Source of the DNA: Kiritimatiellia bacterium
Lineage (GTDB): Bacteria > Verrucomicrobiota > Kiritimatiellia > JAAZAB01
Length of the DNA stretch: 64,000 nt
NCBI GenBank assembly: GCA_040767085.1
Contig: JAXGPF010000004.1
Location: 160,001-224,000 of the forward strand
Direction of reading: 5' to 3'
Shown: positions 38,837-48,722 of the stretch, one piece after another
Position numbering within the stretch: position 1 is the first letter of the stretch
How the letters are laid out: each line of letters opens with the position of its first letter
Position numbers and translations under genes: made by a program
The notes under the pieces: model-generated
What the model saw: only the letters and a program-made list of their open reading frames with translations
What the model was told of the DNA's origin: nothing
The model's database searches: none

Positions 38837-40180
38837 TCAGGACGCCGGAGCGCCATCCCGCCCGGCCGCCCACTCCCGGAACCGCTGCCCGCGTTCCTCG
38901 AAATTGCGAAACTGGTCAAAACTGGCGCAACCCGGCGACAGCAAAATAGTGTCACCCGGCCCCGCATCATCCCAGGCCGCAGCGCAGGCCGCGTCCAGCG
39001 TGCCGCAAATCCGGCAGTCAACCGCGCCGCGCCAGGCTTCCGCCATGGCGGGCGCCGACTGTCCGATCAGGTACACAGCCGCCGCTTTCCCCCGCAGCAG
39101 CGCGGCCGCCGGACCGAACGGTTCGCCCTTGCCTGTGCCGCCGGCTATCAGCCGCAGGGGCCCGGGCAGCGCGCGCAGCGCGGCGCACATGGCGGCCATG
39201 TTGGTAGCTTTCGAGTCGTTGATGAAGCGCACGCCACCTGCGCAACCGACGGCTTCCATGCGGTGCGGCAATGCCACAAATTCGCGCGCGGCCGCTTCCA
39301 GGCAGGGAGCGGCAATACCGCAGGCCTGCATGGCGGCGGCGGCGGCCGCCGCCGCCGCGCCCAGAACCGGATTGTCAAAAACCGTCCCGCTGAGATTGAT
39401 GACTGCGGCGCCGCCGGGCCCTGTCACCCGGCCGGGGCGGTAAATAAAATCCGCCGGCGGCGCTCTGCCGAAAGTCAGCCATTGCGCGGCTGATGCCGGC
39501 GGGTCGAATCGCCGCAGCAATGCCGGCTCCATGATGCCGACATTGCCGGCGCCGAGAGCGGCAAAAAGCCGGAACTTCAAGTTGCGATATGTTGCCATGC
39601 CGCCATGCCGGTCCAGATGGTTGGGCAGCACGTTCAATAAAACGGCGACATCCGGGCGGATTTCTCCGGGGAATTCCAATTGAAAGGAACTGACTTCCAA
39701 CACGACCCAGTCATATTCCGCGCCATCCAGGACTACCTGGCAGGCGGGGCGGCCGTAATTTCCCGCGGGACAAGCCCGCCGCCCCGCCCGCGCCAGGGCC
39801 TCAGCGCATAGTTTCACCAGCGTGCTCTTGCCGTTCGAGCCGGTAATGGCCAACACGCGCGCCCGCAGGTGGCGCCACCCGAAGGCCAGTTCCGAAACGA
39901 CCGGTATGCCGCGCGCGGCCGCCGCGCGCAGCCAGGGAGAATCGGCCGGCAGGCCGGGACTGACCACGCAGAGATCGAACACGCCGGGCGGCAAGCCGGC
40001 GGCGCCCACCGACACGGCGCAACCTTCCGCGCGCAAAGCCGCGGCCGTCTGGCGCAAGACCGGGTTGTCGGCGGCGTCCGCCGCCGTTACCGCCGCTTTT
40101 TGCCGCCGCAGCAGGCGCGCCGCCGCCACTCCACTGGCGCCCAGCCCCAGCACCAGTGCATTCTGTGCGCCGCCAGCCAT
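38837..40180 (-). CDS. murD: UDP-MurNAc-L-Ala--D-glutamate ligase
   Basis: ITGSNGKST; EVSSFQL; NHLDRH; NDSKATN; SPGCASFDQF. Confidence 0.95.
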   Translation of the reverse strand: MAGGAQNALVLGLGASGVAAARLLRRQKAAVTAADAADNPVLRQTAAALRAEGCAVSVGAAGLPPGVFDLCVVSPGLPADSPWLRAAAARGIPVVSELAFGWRHLRARVLAITGSNGKSTLVKLCAEALARAGRRACPAGNYGRPACQVVLDGAEYDWVVLEVSSFQLEFPGEIRPDVAVLLNVLPNHLDRHGGMATYRNLKFRLFAALGAGNVGIMEPALLRRFDPPASAAQWLTFGRAPPADFIYRPGRVTGPGGAAVINLSGTVFDNPVLGAAAAAAAAAMQACGIAAPCLEAAAREFVALPHRMEAVGCAGGVRFINDSKATNMAAMCAALRALPGPLRLIAGGTGKGEPFGPAAALLRGKAAAVYLIGQSAPAMAEAWRGAVDCRICGTLDAACAAAWDDAGPGDTILLSPGCASFDQFRNFEERGQRFREWAAGRDGAPAS

Positions 40181-40192
40181 GAGACCTGTATC

Positions 40193-41308
40193 CTAACGGA
40201 TTTTCAGCATCAAAACGCCGCACAGCGCGCAAATGATGGAAACAATCCAAAAACGGATGGTCACTTGCGTTTCGCTCCACGGCCGGTTTTTTTTCAATTC
40301 GAAGTGGTGGTGCAGCGGCGCGCAGGCGAAAATCCGCCGACGCGTCCATTTGAACCATCCGACTTGCAGAATCACGCTTGCCGCTTCCATGACAAACACC
40401 CCGCCAATGACCAGGAGGGCCAACTCGTGCTTGATCAGGACCGCCACGATCCCGAGACCGCCGCCCAGCGCCAGGCTGCCCGTATCGCCCATGAAGACCT
40501 GCGCGGGATGGCAGTTGAACCATAAAAAACCCAGGGCGCCGCCCAGCAGGCACCCGCAAAACACCGCCAACTCTCCCGCCCCGGCGATGTATGGCACCTG
40601 CAAATACGCCGCAAACTGGACATGACCGGCCACGTAGGCCAGCACCAGGTACGCCAGCGCGACCGACCCGGTGCAACCGATGGCCAGGCCATCCAGGCCG
40701 TCGGTCAAATTCACGGCATTGCTGGCGCCGATCATGACCAGCGCCGCGAAAATGAATCCCGCCAGCCAGCCCATGTCCGCCAGCGCCGGCGTCTTGCAGA
40801 AGGGCACCATCAATTGGCGCGCGTGCTCGCGCGTCAAGGGCAGGCTCAGCATGACGCCAAACACCGCCGCCGCCCACAATACCTGCAGCAGCAGTTTCTG
40901 GCGCGCCGGCAGCCCGCCGGGACGGCGGCGCACCACCTTGATGAAATCGTCCGCAAAGCCGATGCCGCCAAACGCCAGCATCGTAGCCAGGGCCAGCCAG
41001 ATTAACGGGCTGGCCGGTATGGCCCAAAGCAAAACGGCGGCGCCGACGGATGCCATGATCAGCAGCCCGCCCATGGTGGGCGTGGTTTTCTTTTGCGCGC
41101 CATGCAGGTCGTCCAGCGCGGGGGCGTCCGCGCGGTAGCGCGTGGCATCCCCGCTGCACAGATGGCCCAGACGGCGGATCACCCACGGCCCCAGGATGAG
41201 GCTGAGGATGAATGCCGTGCCGGCGCCCGCAAAAGCGCGCACGGTGATATATTGAAACACCCGCAAGACCGACCATTCATCCGCCAGCAAGTGCAGGTAA
41301 TACAGCAT
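40193..41308 (-). CDS. mraY: Phospho-MurNAc-pentapeptide transferase
   Basis: TPTMGG; NAVNLTDGLDGL; FMGDTGSL; APLHHHFE. Start MLYYL at 41308. Confidence 0.96.
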   Translation of the reverse strand: MLYYLHLLADEWSVLRVFQYITVRAFAGAGTAFILSLILGPWVIRRLGHLCSGDATRYRADAPALDDLHGAQKKTTPTMGGLLIMASVGAAVLLWAIPASPLIWLALATMLAFGGIGFADDFIKVVRRRPGGLPARQKLLLQVLWAAAVFGVMLSLPLTREHARQLMVPFCKTPALADMGWLAGFIFAALVMIGASNAVNLTDGLDGLAIGCTGSVALAYLVLAYVAGHVQFAAYLQVPYIAGAGELAVFCGCLLGGALGFLWFNCHPAQVFMGDTGSLALGGGLGIVAVLIKHELALLVIGGVFVMEAASVILQVGWFKWTRRRIFACAPLHHHFELKKNRPWSETQVTIRFWIVSIICALCGVLMLKIR

Positions 41309-41328
41309 GGCCCGTCCCTTCCCGTGTC

Positions 41329-42732
41329 TTACTCCGCGGCGGCGCCGCGAGCCGGCGGCGCCATGGCCCCCAGCACGCGCAGAACATTTTCCAGCCCGAT
41401 CCCGCGCGAGCCCTTCAGCAAAACCATGTCGCCCGGCCGCGCGGATTGCTCCAGAACCGCGGCCGCCTCCGCCGTCCCGGCGCACCGGAAGATGCGGTCC
41501 GGCGACAAGCCGCCGGCGGCCGCCCCGTCGGCGATCAGCGCGGCCAGTTCGCCCACCGTCACCAGCCCCTGCCAGGGGCCGGCCGCAACCTGCCGGCCCA
41601 ATTCCCGGTGCAGGTCCGCGGCTGCGTCGCCCAGTTCCAGCATACCGCCGAGCACCAGCCACTTACGGGCGCCCGGCAACCCGCCGTAGGTCCGCAAAGC
41701 CTCCGCCATGCTCATGGGATTAGCGTTGTAGGCGTCGTTGATCAAGGCCAGCCCGCGCCAAACACTGGACTCCCAGCGCATGGGCGGCGGACGGTATCGT
41801 TCCAGGGCCTGGAGAATAACCGGCCATTCCAATCCCCAGGCCCGCCCGACGGCCGCGGCAAAAAGCATGTTCGCCAGGTTATGGCGGCCGGGCACAGGCG
41901 GACGCGCGCGCCACTCCCGACCGCCCGCGCGTTCGCCGAACACGGCCAGGCCGTCCGCGTCCATGCGCGCCTGGAAGTCCGGGGACGCGCCGGATGACTC
42001 CGGCGCCACCGCCACCGACAGCACCCGGCAGGGCGCCGCCGCCCGCAATGTCCCGTACCAGGGGGCATCCGCGCGCAACACCGCCAGCCCTTTGGCCGGC
42101 AAAGCGCGCAGCAATTCCGCCTTGGCCCGGGCGATGGCCGTTTCGGATTTGAAAAACTCCAGGTGCACGGGGGCGACGTTGGTGACCACGCCCCAATCCG
42201 GCGCCATGATCCGGCATAACGCCTCCATTTCCCCGGGATGATTCACGCCCGCCTCGAACACGCCCGCCTGCGCTTCCGACAGCATGTTGAGCAGGCTCAG
42301 CGGCAGGCCGATGTGATTATTCCAGTTGCCCCGCGAGCGGGCCGTCGGCAACGCCGCCGCCAGCACATCGGCGATCATCTCCTTGACCGTGGTTTTGCCA
42401 GCGCTGCCGGTGACACCCACGATCCGCGCGGACCGCGTCCGGCGGTATCCAGCGGCCATGGCTTGCAGCGCTTGCAGGGGATCGGCCGCGCGCAACAGCG
42501 GCCCGCCGCCGGCGGGATGTTCCGGCCTGACCACCGCGCCGGCGGCGCCGCGGCGGAAGGCTTCGGCGACGTAAGCATGGCCGTCGCAATGCGCGCCCGG
42601 CAACGCCACGAAAAGCGCGCCGGGATCGACGGCGCGGGAATCCGCGGTGACGGCGGTGATGGCGCGCGGCGCGCCGCCTTCCCAGGCGCCGCCGCACCAT
42701 CGTGCCAATGCATGTGGCTCCAGTCCGGCCAT
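41329..42732 (-). CDS. murF: UDP-MurNAc-tripeptide--D-Ala-D-Ala ligase
   Basis: TGSAGKTT; NNHIGLP; NDAYNANP; LKGSRG. Confidence 0.95.
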   Translation of the reverse strand: MAGLEPHALARWCGGAWEGGAPRAITAVTADSRAVDPGALFVALPGAHCDGHAYVAEAFRRGAAGAVVRPEHPAGGGPLLRAADPLQALQAMAAGYRRTRSARIVGVTGSAGKTTVKEMIADVLAAALPTARSRGNWNNHIGLPLSLLNMLSEAQAGVFEAGVNHPGEMEALCRIMAPDWGVVTNVAPVHLEFFKSETAIARAKAELLRALPAKGLAVLRADAPWYGTLRAAAPCRVLSVAVAPESSGASPDFQARMDADGLAVFGERAGGREWRARPPVPGRHNLANMLFAAAVGRAWGLEWPVILQALERYRPPPMRWESSVWRGLALINDAYNANPMSMAEALRTYGGLPGARKWLVLGGMLELGDAAADLHRELGRQVAAGPWQGLVTVGELAALIADGAAAGGLSPDRIFRCAGTAEAAAVLEQSARPGDMVLLKGSRGIGLENVLRVLGAMAPPARGAAAE

Positions 42733-42733
42733 G

Positions 42734-44206
42734 TCAGGATTTAACCCCCAGGCATTCCCGCACCACCTGGCGATCGTCGAATGGAATCACCGTATCGGCG
42801 AATTCCTGGTAATTTTCATGGCCTTTGCCGGCGATGAGCACCACATCGCCGCGCTCGGCCAGCGACAAAGCCCGCACGATGGCCTCGTAACGGTCTTCCA
42901 CGACTTCGAAGTTGTCATGCCCGGCAAAGCCGGCGCGCACCTCGGCGATGATCTCGGATGGATTTTCCTTGCGGGGATTGTCAGAGGTCACAATCGCGTA
43001 ATCCGCCAACTCCGCCGCCGCCGCGCCCATCAGCGGCCGTTTGCGCCGGTCCCGGTCGCCGCCGCAGCCAAACACCACGATCAAGCGCCCGGCGGTGATC
43101 TCGCGCATGGTGGATAAAACGTTTTGCAGGGCATCGGCGGTATGGGCGTAATCCACGAAAACCTGGAAACCGGCGCGGCTTTCAATTTGCTCCAGGCGGC
43201 CCGGCACCGATTCCATGGTGTTCAACACCGGCGCGATCGATGGCAAATCCACTCCCAGCGCGGCGCAGGCTCCCAGTGCCGCCAGCGCGTTGTAAACGTT
43301 GAAACGGCCCAGCAGGCGCAGCCGCAAAGGCAGCGTGCCCCAGGGAGTCACGGCTTCGAACACGCTGCCGCGCGGGCTCAACTGCAGATTGACAGCCCGG
43401 ATCTGGGCCCGGGGATGCTGGATGCCATACGCGATGGCCGACGCGTGTTTGGCCGCCAGTTCCAACAGGCGGGGGCCATGCCGATCGTCCAGGTTGATCA
43501 AGGCCGTCTGGCCGGGCTGGCCCCGCAAGCCGCGGAAGAGCAGACTTTTGGCCTCGTAATAGCCATCCACGGTTTGATGGTAATCCAGGTGGTCATGCGT
43601 CAGATTGGTAAAAACGGCGACATCGTAGTCAATGCCCCAGGTTCGCCGCTGCACCAAGCCGTGGGAGGAAACTTCCATGATGGCGCTCTGACATCCCGCG
43701 CTGACCATTTGCGCGAGCATGTTATGCAGGTCGATGGATTCCGGCGTGGTCCGCGCGGCGGGAATGGATCGGTCGCCGATTTCATAACGGATGGTGCCGA
43801 TCAAACCCGGCCGCAGTCCGGCGGTTTGCAGGATGTTCCGCGCCATGGCGGCGGTCGTGGTTTTGCCATTGGTGCCGGTGATGCCCAACATCCGCAGGCG
43901 CCGCGCCGGATAGTCATAAAAAACCGCCGCCATTTCCGCCATCACCTGCCGCACATCGCCCACGCGCACGAACAGCGTGTGCCCGCGGGGCAGTGTCAAC
44001 GGGTCGCGGGTGACAATCATCGCGGCGCCGCGCGTCAGCGCATCCTGAACGAAACGGCTGCCGTCAAGTTTGTTGCCCGGCACCGCGAAAAAAGCCTGGC
44101 CAGGCTTGACTTGTCGCGAATCCAGCGCCAATCCCTTGATTTCGACGCCCGGATCGCCATGCGACTCCAGCACCTGCGTCGCCGCCAATAAAACGCTTGC
44201 CTTCAT
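42734..44206 (-). CDS. murE: UDP-MurNAc-dipeptide--meso-diaminopimelate ligase
   Basis: TGTNGKTT; MEVSSH; DYAHT; DNPR (DAP-type motif); AGKGHE. Confidence 0.96.
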   Translation of the reverse strand: MKASVLLAATQVLESHGDPGVEIKGLALDSRQVKPGQAFFAVPGNKLDGSRFVQDALTRGAAMIVTRDPLTLPRGHTLFVRVGDVRQVMAEMAAVFYDYPARRLRMLGITGTNGKTTTAAMARNILQTAGLRPGLIGTIRYEIGDRSIPAARTTPESIDLHNMLAQMVSAGCQSAIMEVSSHGLVQRRTWGIDYDVAVFTNLTHDHLDYHQTVDGYYEAKSLLFRGLRGQPGQTALINLDDRHGPRLLELAAKHASAIAYGIQHPRAQIRAVNLQLSPRGSVFEAVTPWGTLPLRLRLLGRFNVYNALAALGACAALGVDLPSIAPVLNTMESVPGRLEQIESRAGFQVFVDYAHTADALQNVLSTMREITAGRLIVVFGCGGDRDRRKRPLMGAAAAELADYAIVTSDNPRKENPSEIIAEVRAGFAGHDNFEVVEDRYEAIVRALSLAERGDVVLIAGKGHENYQEFADTVIPFDDRQVVRECLGVKS

Positions 44207-44261
44207 AACCCCTTTTCCCCGCTAGCATTCGACGCGTCCAGCGCCTCCCTGGTTCCCGGCT

Positions 44262-45989
44262 TCAGCGCGCGTCCGCCAACGCCAGCGGCGCTGGCGCAAG
44301 AATATCCAGATAACGCACTGTCTCCGCTGCAATCGCACTGAAAACCGGGCCGGCCGCCGCGCCGCCGGTGCGCGTTTGTTTTGGCTCATCCAAGACCACG
44401 ATGATCGCCAGTTGCGGCGCTTCCGCCGGAATTACTCCCACAAAGGAAGACATGTTCAACAGGTCCGAATACCCGCCGGCCACCGGTTTCTGCGCCGTGC
44501 CGGTTTTACCGGCGACGGTATATCCTTCCACGCGCGCCCGCCGCCCGGTGCCGCCCTCTTCGGTGACACGCGTGAGCAGTTTCAACATGCAGTCCGCGCT
44601 GGCGGGACTAATCGGGCGTCCCAGTTCGACCGGCTCCTGGCGCGTCAGCACCCGTCCTTCACTGTCGCGGACTTCCCGCACCACGTACGGCCGCAGCAGC
44701 ACACCGCCATTAGCGATGGCGCAAATCACCCCCAGCATCTGCAGCGAAGTCATGGCGACTTCGTGCCCCATGGCGATGCGGGTAATGCTCAAAGGCGTCC
44801 AGCGCGCCAGAGGATGCAAGGTTCCGCCTTCCTCCCCGGGCAGGTCTATGCCCATGGGCCGGCCCATGCCGAAGGCCCGCAGATATTCATGCAAACGCTC
44901 CGGCCCCAACGCCAGTGCGATTTTGGCCGCGCCGATATTGCTGGATTTCTTGATGATGTCGGCCACTGACAGCCGGCCGTAGGGATGATAATCCCGCAGA
45001 GGCCGCCGCTGGTAAATCCAGGCGCCGTTCTCGCAGTCAAAAACTTGGTCGGGATGCACCGCCCCCGCGTCCAGCGCCGCGGCGATCACCGCCATCTTGA
45101 ATGTGGAGCCCGGCTCGTAGTTGTAGGCGATGCAGCGATTGCGACGCGCCTCCGGATCGGCGTTGCGGAAATCGTTCCCGTCATAGGCCGGGTAACCGGC
45201 CATGGCCAGGATTTCCCCGGTCGCAATCCGCTCGACAATCGCCCAGCCCGCCAGGGCCCGCTGCTCCGCCACTGCCTGGCGCACCGCCTGCTCGGCAATG
45301 TACTGCACATAATGGTCCAGCGTCAACACCAGGTCCGCCCCGGGGCGTGGCCGGATTTCCAGCAGGCGCCGGTCATACAGTTCACGACGGCGCCCATCCA
45401 ACTCGCTGATCAGCATGCCCGGCGCCCCGCGCAGGTAACGTTCCCAGCGCTGCTCCACTCCCGCGCTGCCCTGCCGTTCCAGGTTGACATAGCCCAGCAC
45501 GTGGCAGAGACTATCGCCGCGGGGATACACCCGCACCATGTTTTCGCGCATGAACACCCCGGGCAGATGCCGGGAACGCAAAACCTCCGCCAGGTCCTGG
45601 TCCACCGTCCGGCCATATCCCAGCACGGTGACATCACGGCTGCCGGGGCGGTTTAGCCGGTCGCGCAAATCGCCGGCATCCAGTGCCAGCAGTTGGGCCA
45701 ACTCCTGCGCCACCCGGTCCAGACTATTCTGCCGGACAATCGTTTCCGGGTCCGCGCGCACTTCCTGGCGCACCAGGTCCAAAGCCAGCAAGTGCTCCTG
45801 GCAATCCAGAATTTTTCCGCGCCCGACCGTCAGGCTTTTTTCCAGGCGCCGCAGTTCCGCAATACGCTCCCGCCGTTGTTCGCAGGGTCCGGCATGCAGG
45901 TAGACCAGGCGCGCGCTTAACCCGCCCATCAGGATGAAGAGCAATCCCAGCGTCAGCCATAAGCGGATTTGCAGTTTGCGGTCAGTCAT
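44262..45989 (-). CDS. ftsI: Class B penicillin-binding protein (FtsI/PBP3)
   Basis: EPGSTFK; SSN; GKTGTAQK; position in the dcw cluster. Confidence 0.9.
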   Translation of the reverse strand: MTDRKLQIRLWLTLGLLFILMGGLSARLVYLHAGPCEQRRERIAELRRLEKSLTVGRGKILDCQEHLLALDLVRQEVRADPETIVRQNSLDRVAQELAQLLALDAGDLRDRLNRPGSRDVTVLGYGRTVDQDLAEVLRSRHLPGVFMRENMVRVYPRGDSLCHVLGYVNLERQGSAGVEQRWERYLRGAPGMLISELDGRRRELYDRRLLEIRPRPGADLVLTLDHYVQYIAEQAVRQAVAEQRALAGWAIVERIATGEILAMAGYPAYDGNDFRNADPEARRNRCIAYNYEPGSTFKMAVIAAALDAGAVHPDQVFDCENGAWIYQRRPLRDYHPYGRLSVADIIKKSSNIGAAKIALALGPERLHEYLRAFGMGRPMGIDLPGEEGGTLHPLARWTPLSITRIAMGHEVAMTSLQMLGVICAIANGGVLLRPYVVREVRDSEGRVLTRQEPVELGRPISPASADCMLKLLTRVTEEGGTGRRARVEGYTVAGKTGTAQKPVAGGYSDLLNMSSFVGVIPAEAPQLAIIVVLDEPKQTRTGGAAAGPVFSAIAAETVRYLDILAPAPLALADAR

Positions 45990-46356
45990 TCATCAGGGTC
46001 CTGGATGAATCCGCCAGATGCGCCAGGTAGCCGACATCATTCGGCGTCCGCCGCGCCGGCAGGCGCACTACGTCGCGGGCTTCCGGCGCAATCATGACCA
46101 GGCGGTTCCGCGCCAGCGCCTGCTCGATGCTGGCCGGCGATTTGAGCATTTCCCACTTGGACAATTCATGCGCGCAGGATTTGGTCGCCTCGGCCAGCTC
46201 TTTTTCCAGCACCTTGATGCGCGCCCCCAGAGCGTGGGCCTGGGCATCCAACCAGATGTAGGACAACAGCAGCGTCGCCGTCAGCGCCAGGAAAACCGCC
46301 GCCGGCAGGGGAAAAGCAAAACCTGCATTGTTGCGTTTGCGGTTTTTAGCGGACAT
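45982..46356 (-). CDS. FtsL-like cell division protein
   Basis: Basic N-terminus, TM helix and coiled coil; lies between rsmH and ftsI. Confidence 0.7.
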   Translation of the reverse strand: MSAKNRKRNNAGFAFPLPAAVFLALTATLLLSYIWLDAQAHALGARIKVLEKELAEATKSCAHELSKWEMLKSPASIEQALARNRLVMIAPEARDVVRLPARRTPNDVGYLAHLADSSRTLMND

Positions 46357-47299
46357 GATTTGATCCTCCTTGATTCGATTGACAAATTTCCAGCACCCTC
46401 AACCGGGCGGAACGCGCCCGGGGATTCGCCCGCACTTCCTCCGGCATGGGCGTTGCCGGTTTGCGGGTCAACGCCCGCACCAGCGGCGTTTCGCCGCAGA
46501 ACCGCCAGCCGCCGGCCGGCAGCGACTCGCGGCGCAACATGTGGCGCCGCGCCGTCTGCTTGACCAGCCGATCTTCCAGGCTGTGATACGACAGCACCGC
46601 CAGCCTGCCGCCGGGCCGCAACAGCCGCAGCGCTTCCTCCAGTCCTTTTTCCAGACATTCCAATTCGCGATTGACCGCTATCCGCAGCGCCTGGAACACC
46701 CGGGTCGCCGGGTGAATGCGCCCGCCTTGCCGTCCGCCGGCCGCGACCGCCGCCGCCAAATCCAACGTGTTGCGCAAGGCATGGCGCTCGCGTTCCCGCA
46801 GGATCGCCCGCGCCATCCGGCCGGCGGCCGGCTCATCGCCGTAACGCCACAGCCAATCGCGCAACTGTTTTTCATCCGTGCCGTGCAGCAGGTCCGCCGC
46901 CGTCACACCGGCGCCGGTCTGGTCCATGCGCATATCCAGCGGACCAGCCTGCCGGAAACTGAAACCGCGTTCCGGGCTGTCCAACTGCTCCGACGACACT
47001 CCCAAATCCAGAATAATCCCGTCTAAAGCGCCGGCGCCGAAACGCCGGACTATCTCCGCCATTTCCGCAAAATTGCCATGCGCCAGCCGGCATTGCTCCT
47101 GCCAGGGCGCCAGGCGCGCGGCGGCCCGCTCCACCGCCGCCGCATCGCGGTCTATGCCTATCAGCAGGCAGGCGCCCTGCAACCGCTCCAACAGGGCCTG
47201 CGCATGGCCGCCGCTGCCAAGCGTTCCATCCAGGTATATCCCGCCGGGCCGCAAAGCCAATCCATCCAAAACCTCCCGGACCATCACCGGTTCATGCAT
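46346..47299 (-). CDS. rsmH: 16S rRNA m4C1402 methyltransferase
   Basis: HEPVM; DGTLGSGGH; DLGVSS; GPLDMRMD; FQALRIAVN; SYHSLEDR. Confidence 0.96.
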   Translation of the reverse strand: MHEPVMVREVLDGLALRPGGIYLDGTLGSGGHAQALLERLQGACLLIGIDRDAAAVERAAARLAPWQEQCRLAHGNFAEMAEIVRRFGAGALDGIILDLGVSSEQLDSPERGFSFRQAGPLDMRMDQTGAGVTAADLLHGTDEKQLRDWLWRYGDEPAAGRMARAILRERERHALRNTLDLAAAVAAGGRQGGRIHPATRVFQALRIAVNRELECLEKGLEEALRLLRPGGRLAVLSYHSLEDRLVKQTARRHMLRRESLPAGGWRFCGETPLVRALTRKPATPMPEEVRANPRARSARLRVLEICQSNQGGSNHVR

Positions 47300-47312
47300 G
47301 CCGGATGCTCCG

Positions 47313-47525
47313 TCACAGCGGACACGCAGCCGTCTGCTGTTCCGCATATTCCAGATTGCGCAGCTTGAGCTTCATGATCTCGGTTTCGTAACACATGCTG
47401 CAAAAACCGTGGGAATACCTGGCCCCGGGATCGGCCGGGGCCGTCCGGTAGCGCCAGATTCCCATCATTTCATCCCGTTCGCGGCCGCAAATACAGCATT
47501 TCGTGGTGACCTTCGGGGCTTGCAT
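47313..47525 (-). CDS. 70-aa Cys/His-rich putative Zn-binding protein
   Basis: MQAPKVTTKCCICG...W...YSHGFCSMCY; GAGGGAGG RBS. Confidence 0.7.
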   Translation of the reverse strand: MQAPKVTTKCCICGRERDEMMGIWRYRTAPADPGARYSHGFCSMCYETEIMKLKLRNLEYAEQQTAACPL

Positions 47526-47586
47526 ATATGCCTCCCTCGATGTTAGCGACGTATCCCGCCCCATGCTTCCGCCATGCAACATGGCC

Positions 47587-47859
47587 TTAAACGCTGAGCC
47601 ATGAACCGGCATTCAACCAGCATCCGCTCCCCGCCGTGGATAAACGCGCCCGGCCATCTGCCGGCCGCGGCATCTGCGGCGCCGCCGGCGACGTTCCCGG
47701 CTGCACCGGCAGAATCTGCATGGTGGGTTCCATCACGCAGTCATGCACGCCGAAGCGCACCGAACGCAAAATCCTTTTGGGGAAGGTAAACCATCGTCCG
47801 TCATCCCGATCGGTTTCCAGCACGCGGTTCCATCCCATTAAGCGCAATCTTGACGTCAT
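47587..47859 (-). CDS. Hypothetical 90-aa protein
   Basis: AGGAG RBS before the ATG; co-oriented inside the dcw operon; no recognisable motif. Confidence 0.4.
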   Translation of the reverse strand: MTSRLRLMGWNRVLETDRDDGRWFTFPKRILRSVRFGVHDCVMEPTMQILPVQPGTSPAAPQMPRPADGRARLSTAGSGCWLNAGSWLSV

Positions 47860-47952
47860 TTTTTACATCTCCTGATCGGTTGGCCGCTGCAACCATCGCC
47901 TCAAAACTTGTCCAGGCCGACTCCGCTCCCGCGCCGCTCGCGGCGGCGGCCG

Positions 47953-48435
47953 TCAAAGATCCACATAGCGCAATGCATCTTCGATGGTGGCGTCGCCTAC
48001 GGCGCTGGCCGCGCGCCAGGCTTCCGGATCCCAGGCCTCGAAATGATCAAATGCTCCGATCAACTCGACCTGTTCCGTAATCCCAGCCTGCGCCAGCAAA
48101 TCGTCCTTAATCCGGATACGCCCCTGGGTATCCCATTCCAGCAACTCGGAATTCGCCGCCAGCACGCGCGCCAGCACGCGCGCCCGGCGGTCGGCAATGC
48201 CGATCTGCCGGAACTTGGCCAGCCGATGGGCCATTTCAGCGGCGGGGTAAATGTATAAACACTTGTCGCCGTTCAACCCGGGCAATACGTACAAGCGTTT
48301 CAAGGGTCCGGCTTGATCCCGCCACTCCGCCGGTATGGTCAGACGTTTTTTCGGGTCCAGCGAATGCCGGAAATGGCTGACAAACCCACCCGCGGCCGCA
48401 TCGGTATTATTCGGCAACGCGTCCTTTGAGCTCAC
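47953..48435 (-). CDS. mraZ: Division/cell-wall cluster repressor MraZ
   Basis: LDPKKRLTIPAEWR and DTQGRIRI repeats; IGAFDHFEAW; probable GTG start at 48435. Confidence 0.9.
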   Translation of the reverse strand: MSSKDALPNNTDAAAGGFVSHFRHSLDPKKRLTIPAEWRDQAGPLKRLYVLPGLNGDKCLYIYPAAEMAHRLAKFRQIGIADRRARVLARVLAANSELLEWDTQGRIRIKDDLLAQAGITEQVELIGAFDHFEAWDPEAWRAASAVGDATIEDALRYVDL

Positions 48436-48490
48436 CTTCCCCCCTCTTTTGACACAATTCAACACTTTGCCCCACCATTTGTCAACATTT
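48431..48490 (-). promoter_or_regulatory. MraZ-binding repeat array overlapping the dcw promoter
   Basis: 10-nt periodicity on the minus strand: aaatgTTGAC aaatgGTGGG gcaaaGTGTT gaattGTGTC aaaagAGGGG ggaagGTGAG. Confidence 0.7.
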
Positions 48491-48546
48491 TTTTGCTTTT
48501 TTTTCATTTTTTTGAATCGGCCTCCCGGCGGCAGCCGGAATGAATG

Positions 48547-48573
48547 TTGGACTGCGGCTACGCCGCAGTCCAA
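48547..48573. repeat. Perfect 12-bp-arm palindrome (REP-like)
   Basis: ttggactgcggc-tac-gccgcagtccaa between divergent genes. Confidence 0.7.
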
Positions 48574-48722
48574 AAAAGTCCATCACAACAAACTCCTACG
48601 GAAATGACATGCGCCATCTCTCCGGGCCGCGGTTAAAATATTTTTTGACCCGGCCATTCGGTTCTGTTATCATTGAACCCGTCAAACCTGAAAAATCGCG
48701 CAACGAATGAGGAGCATTCACC

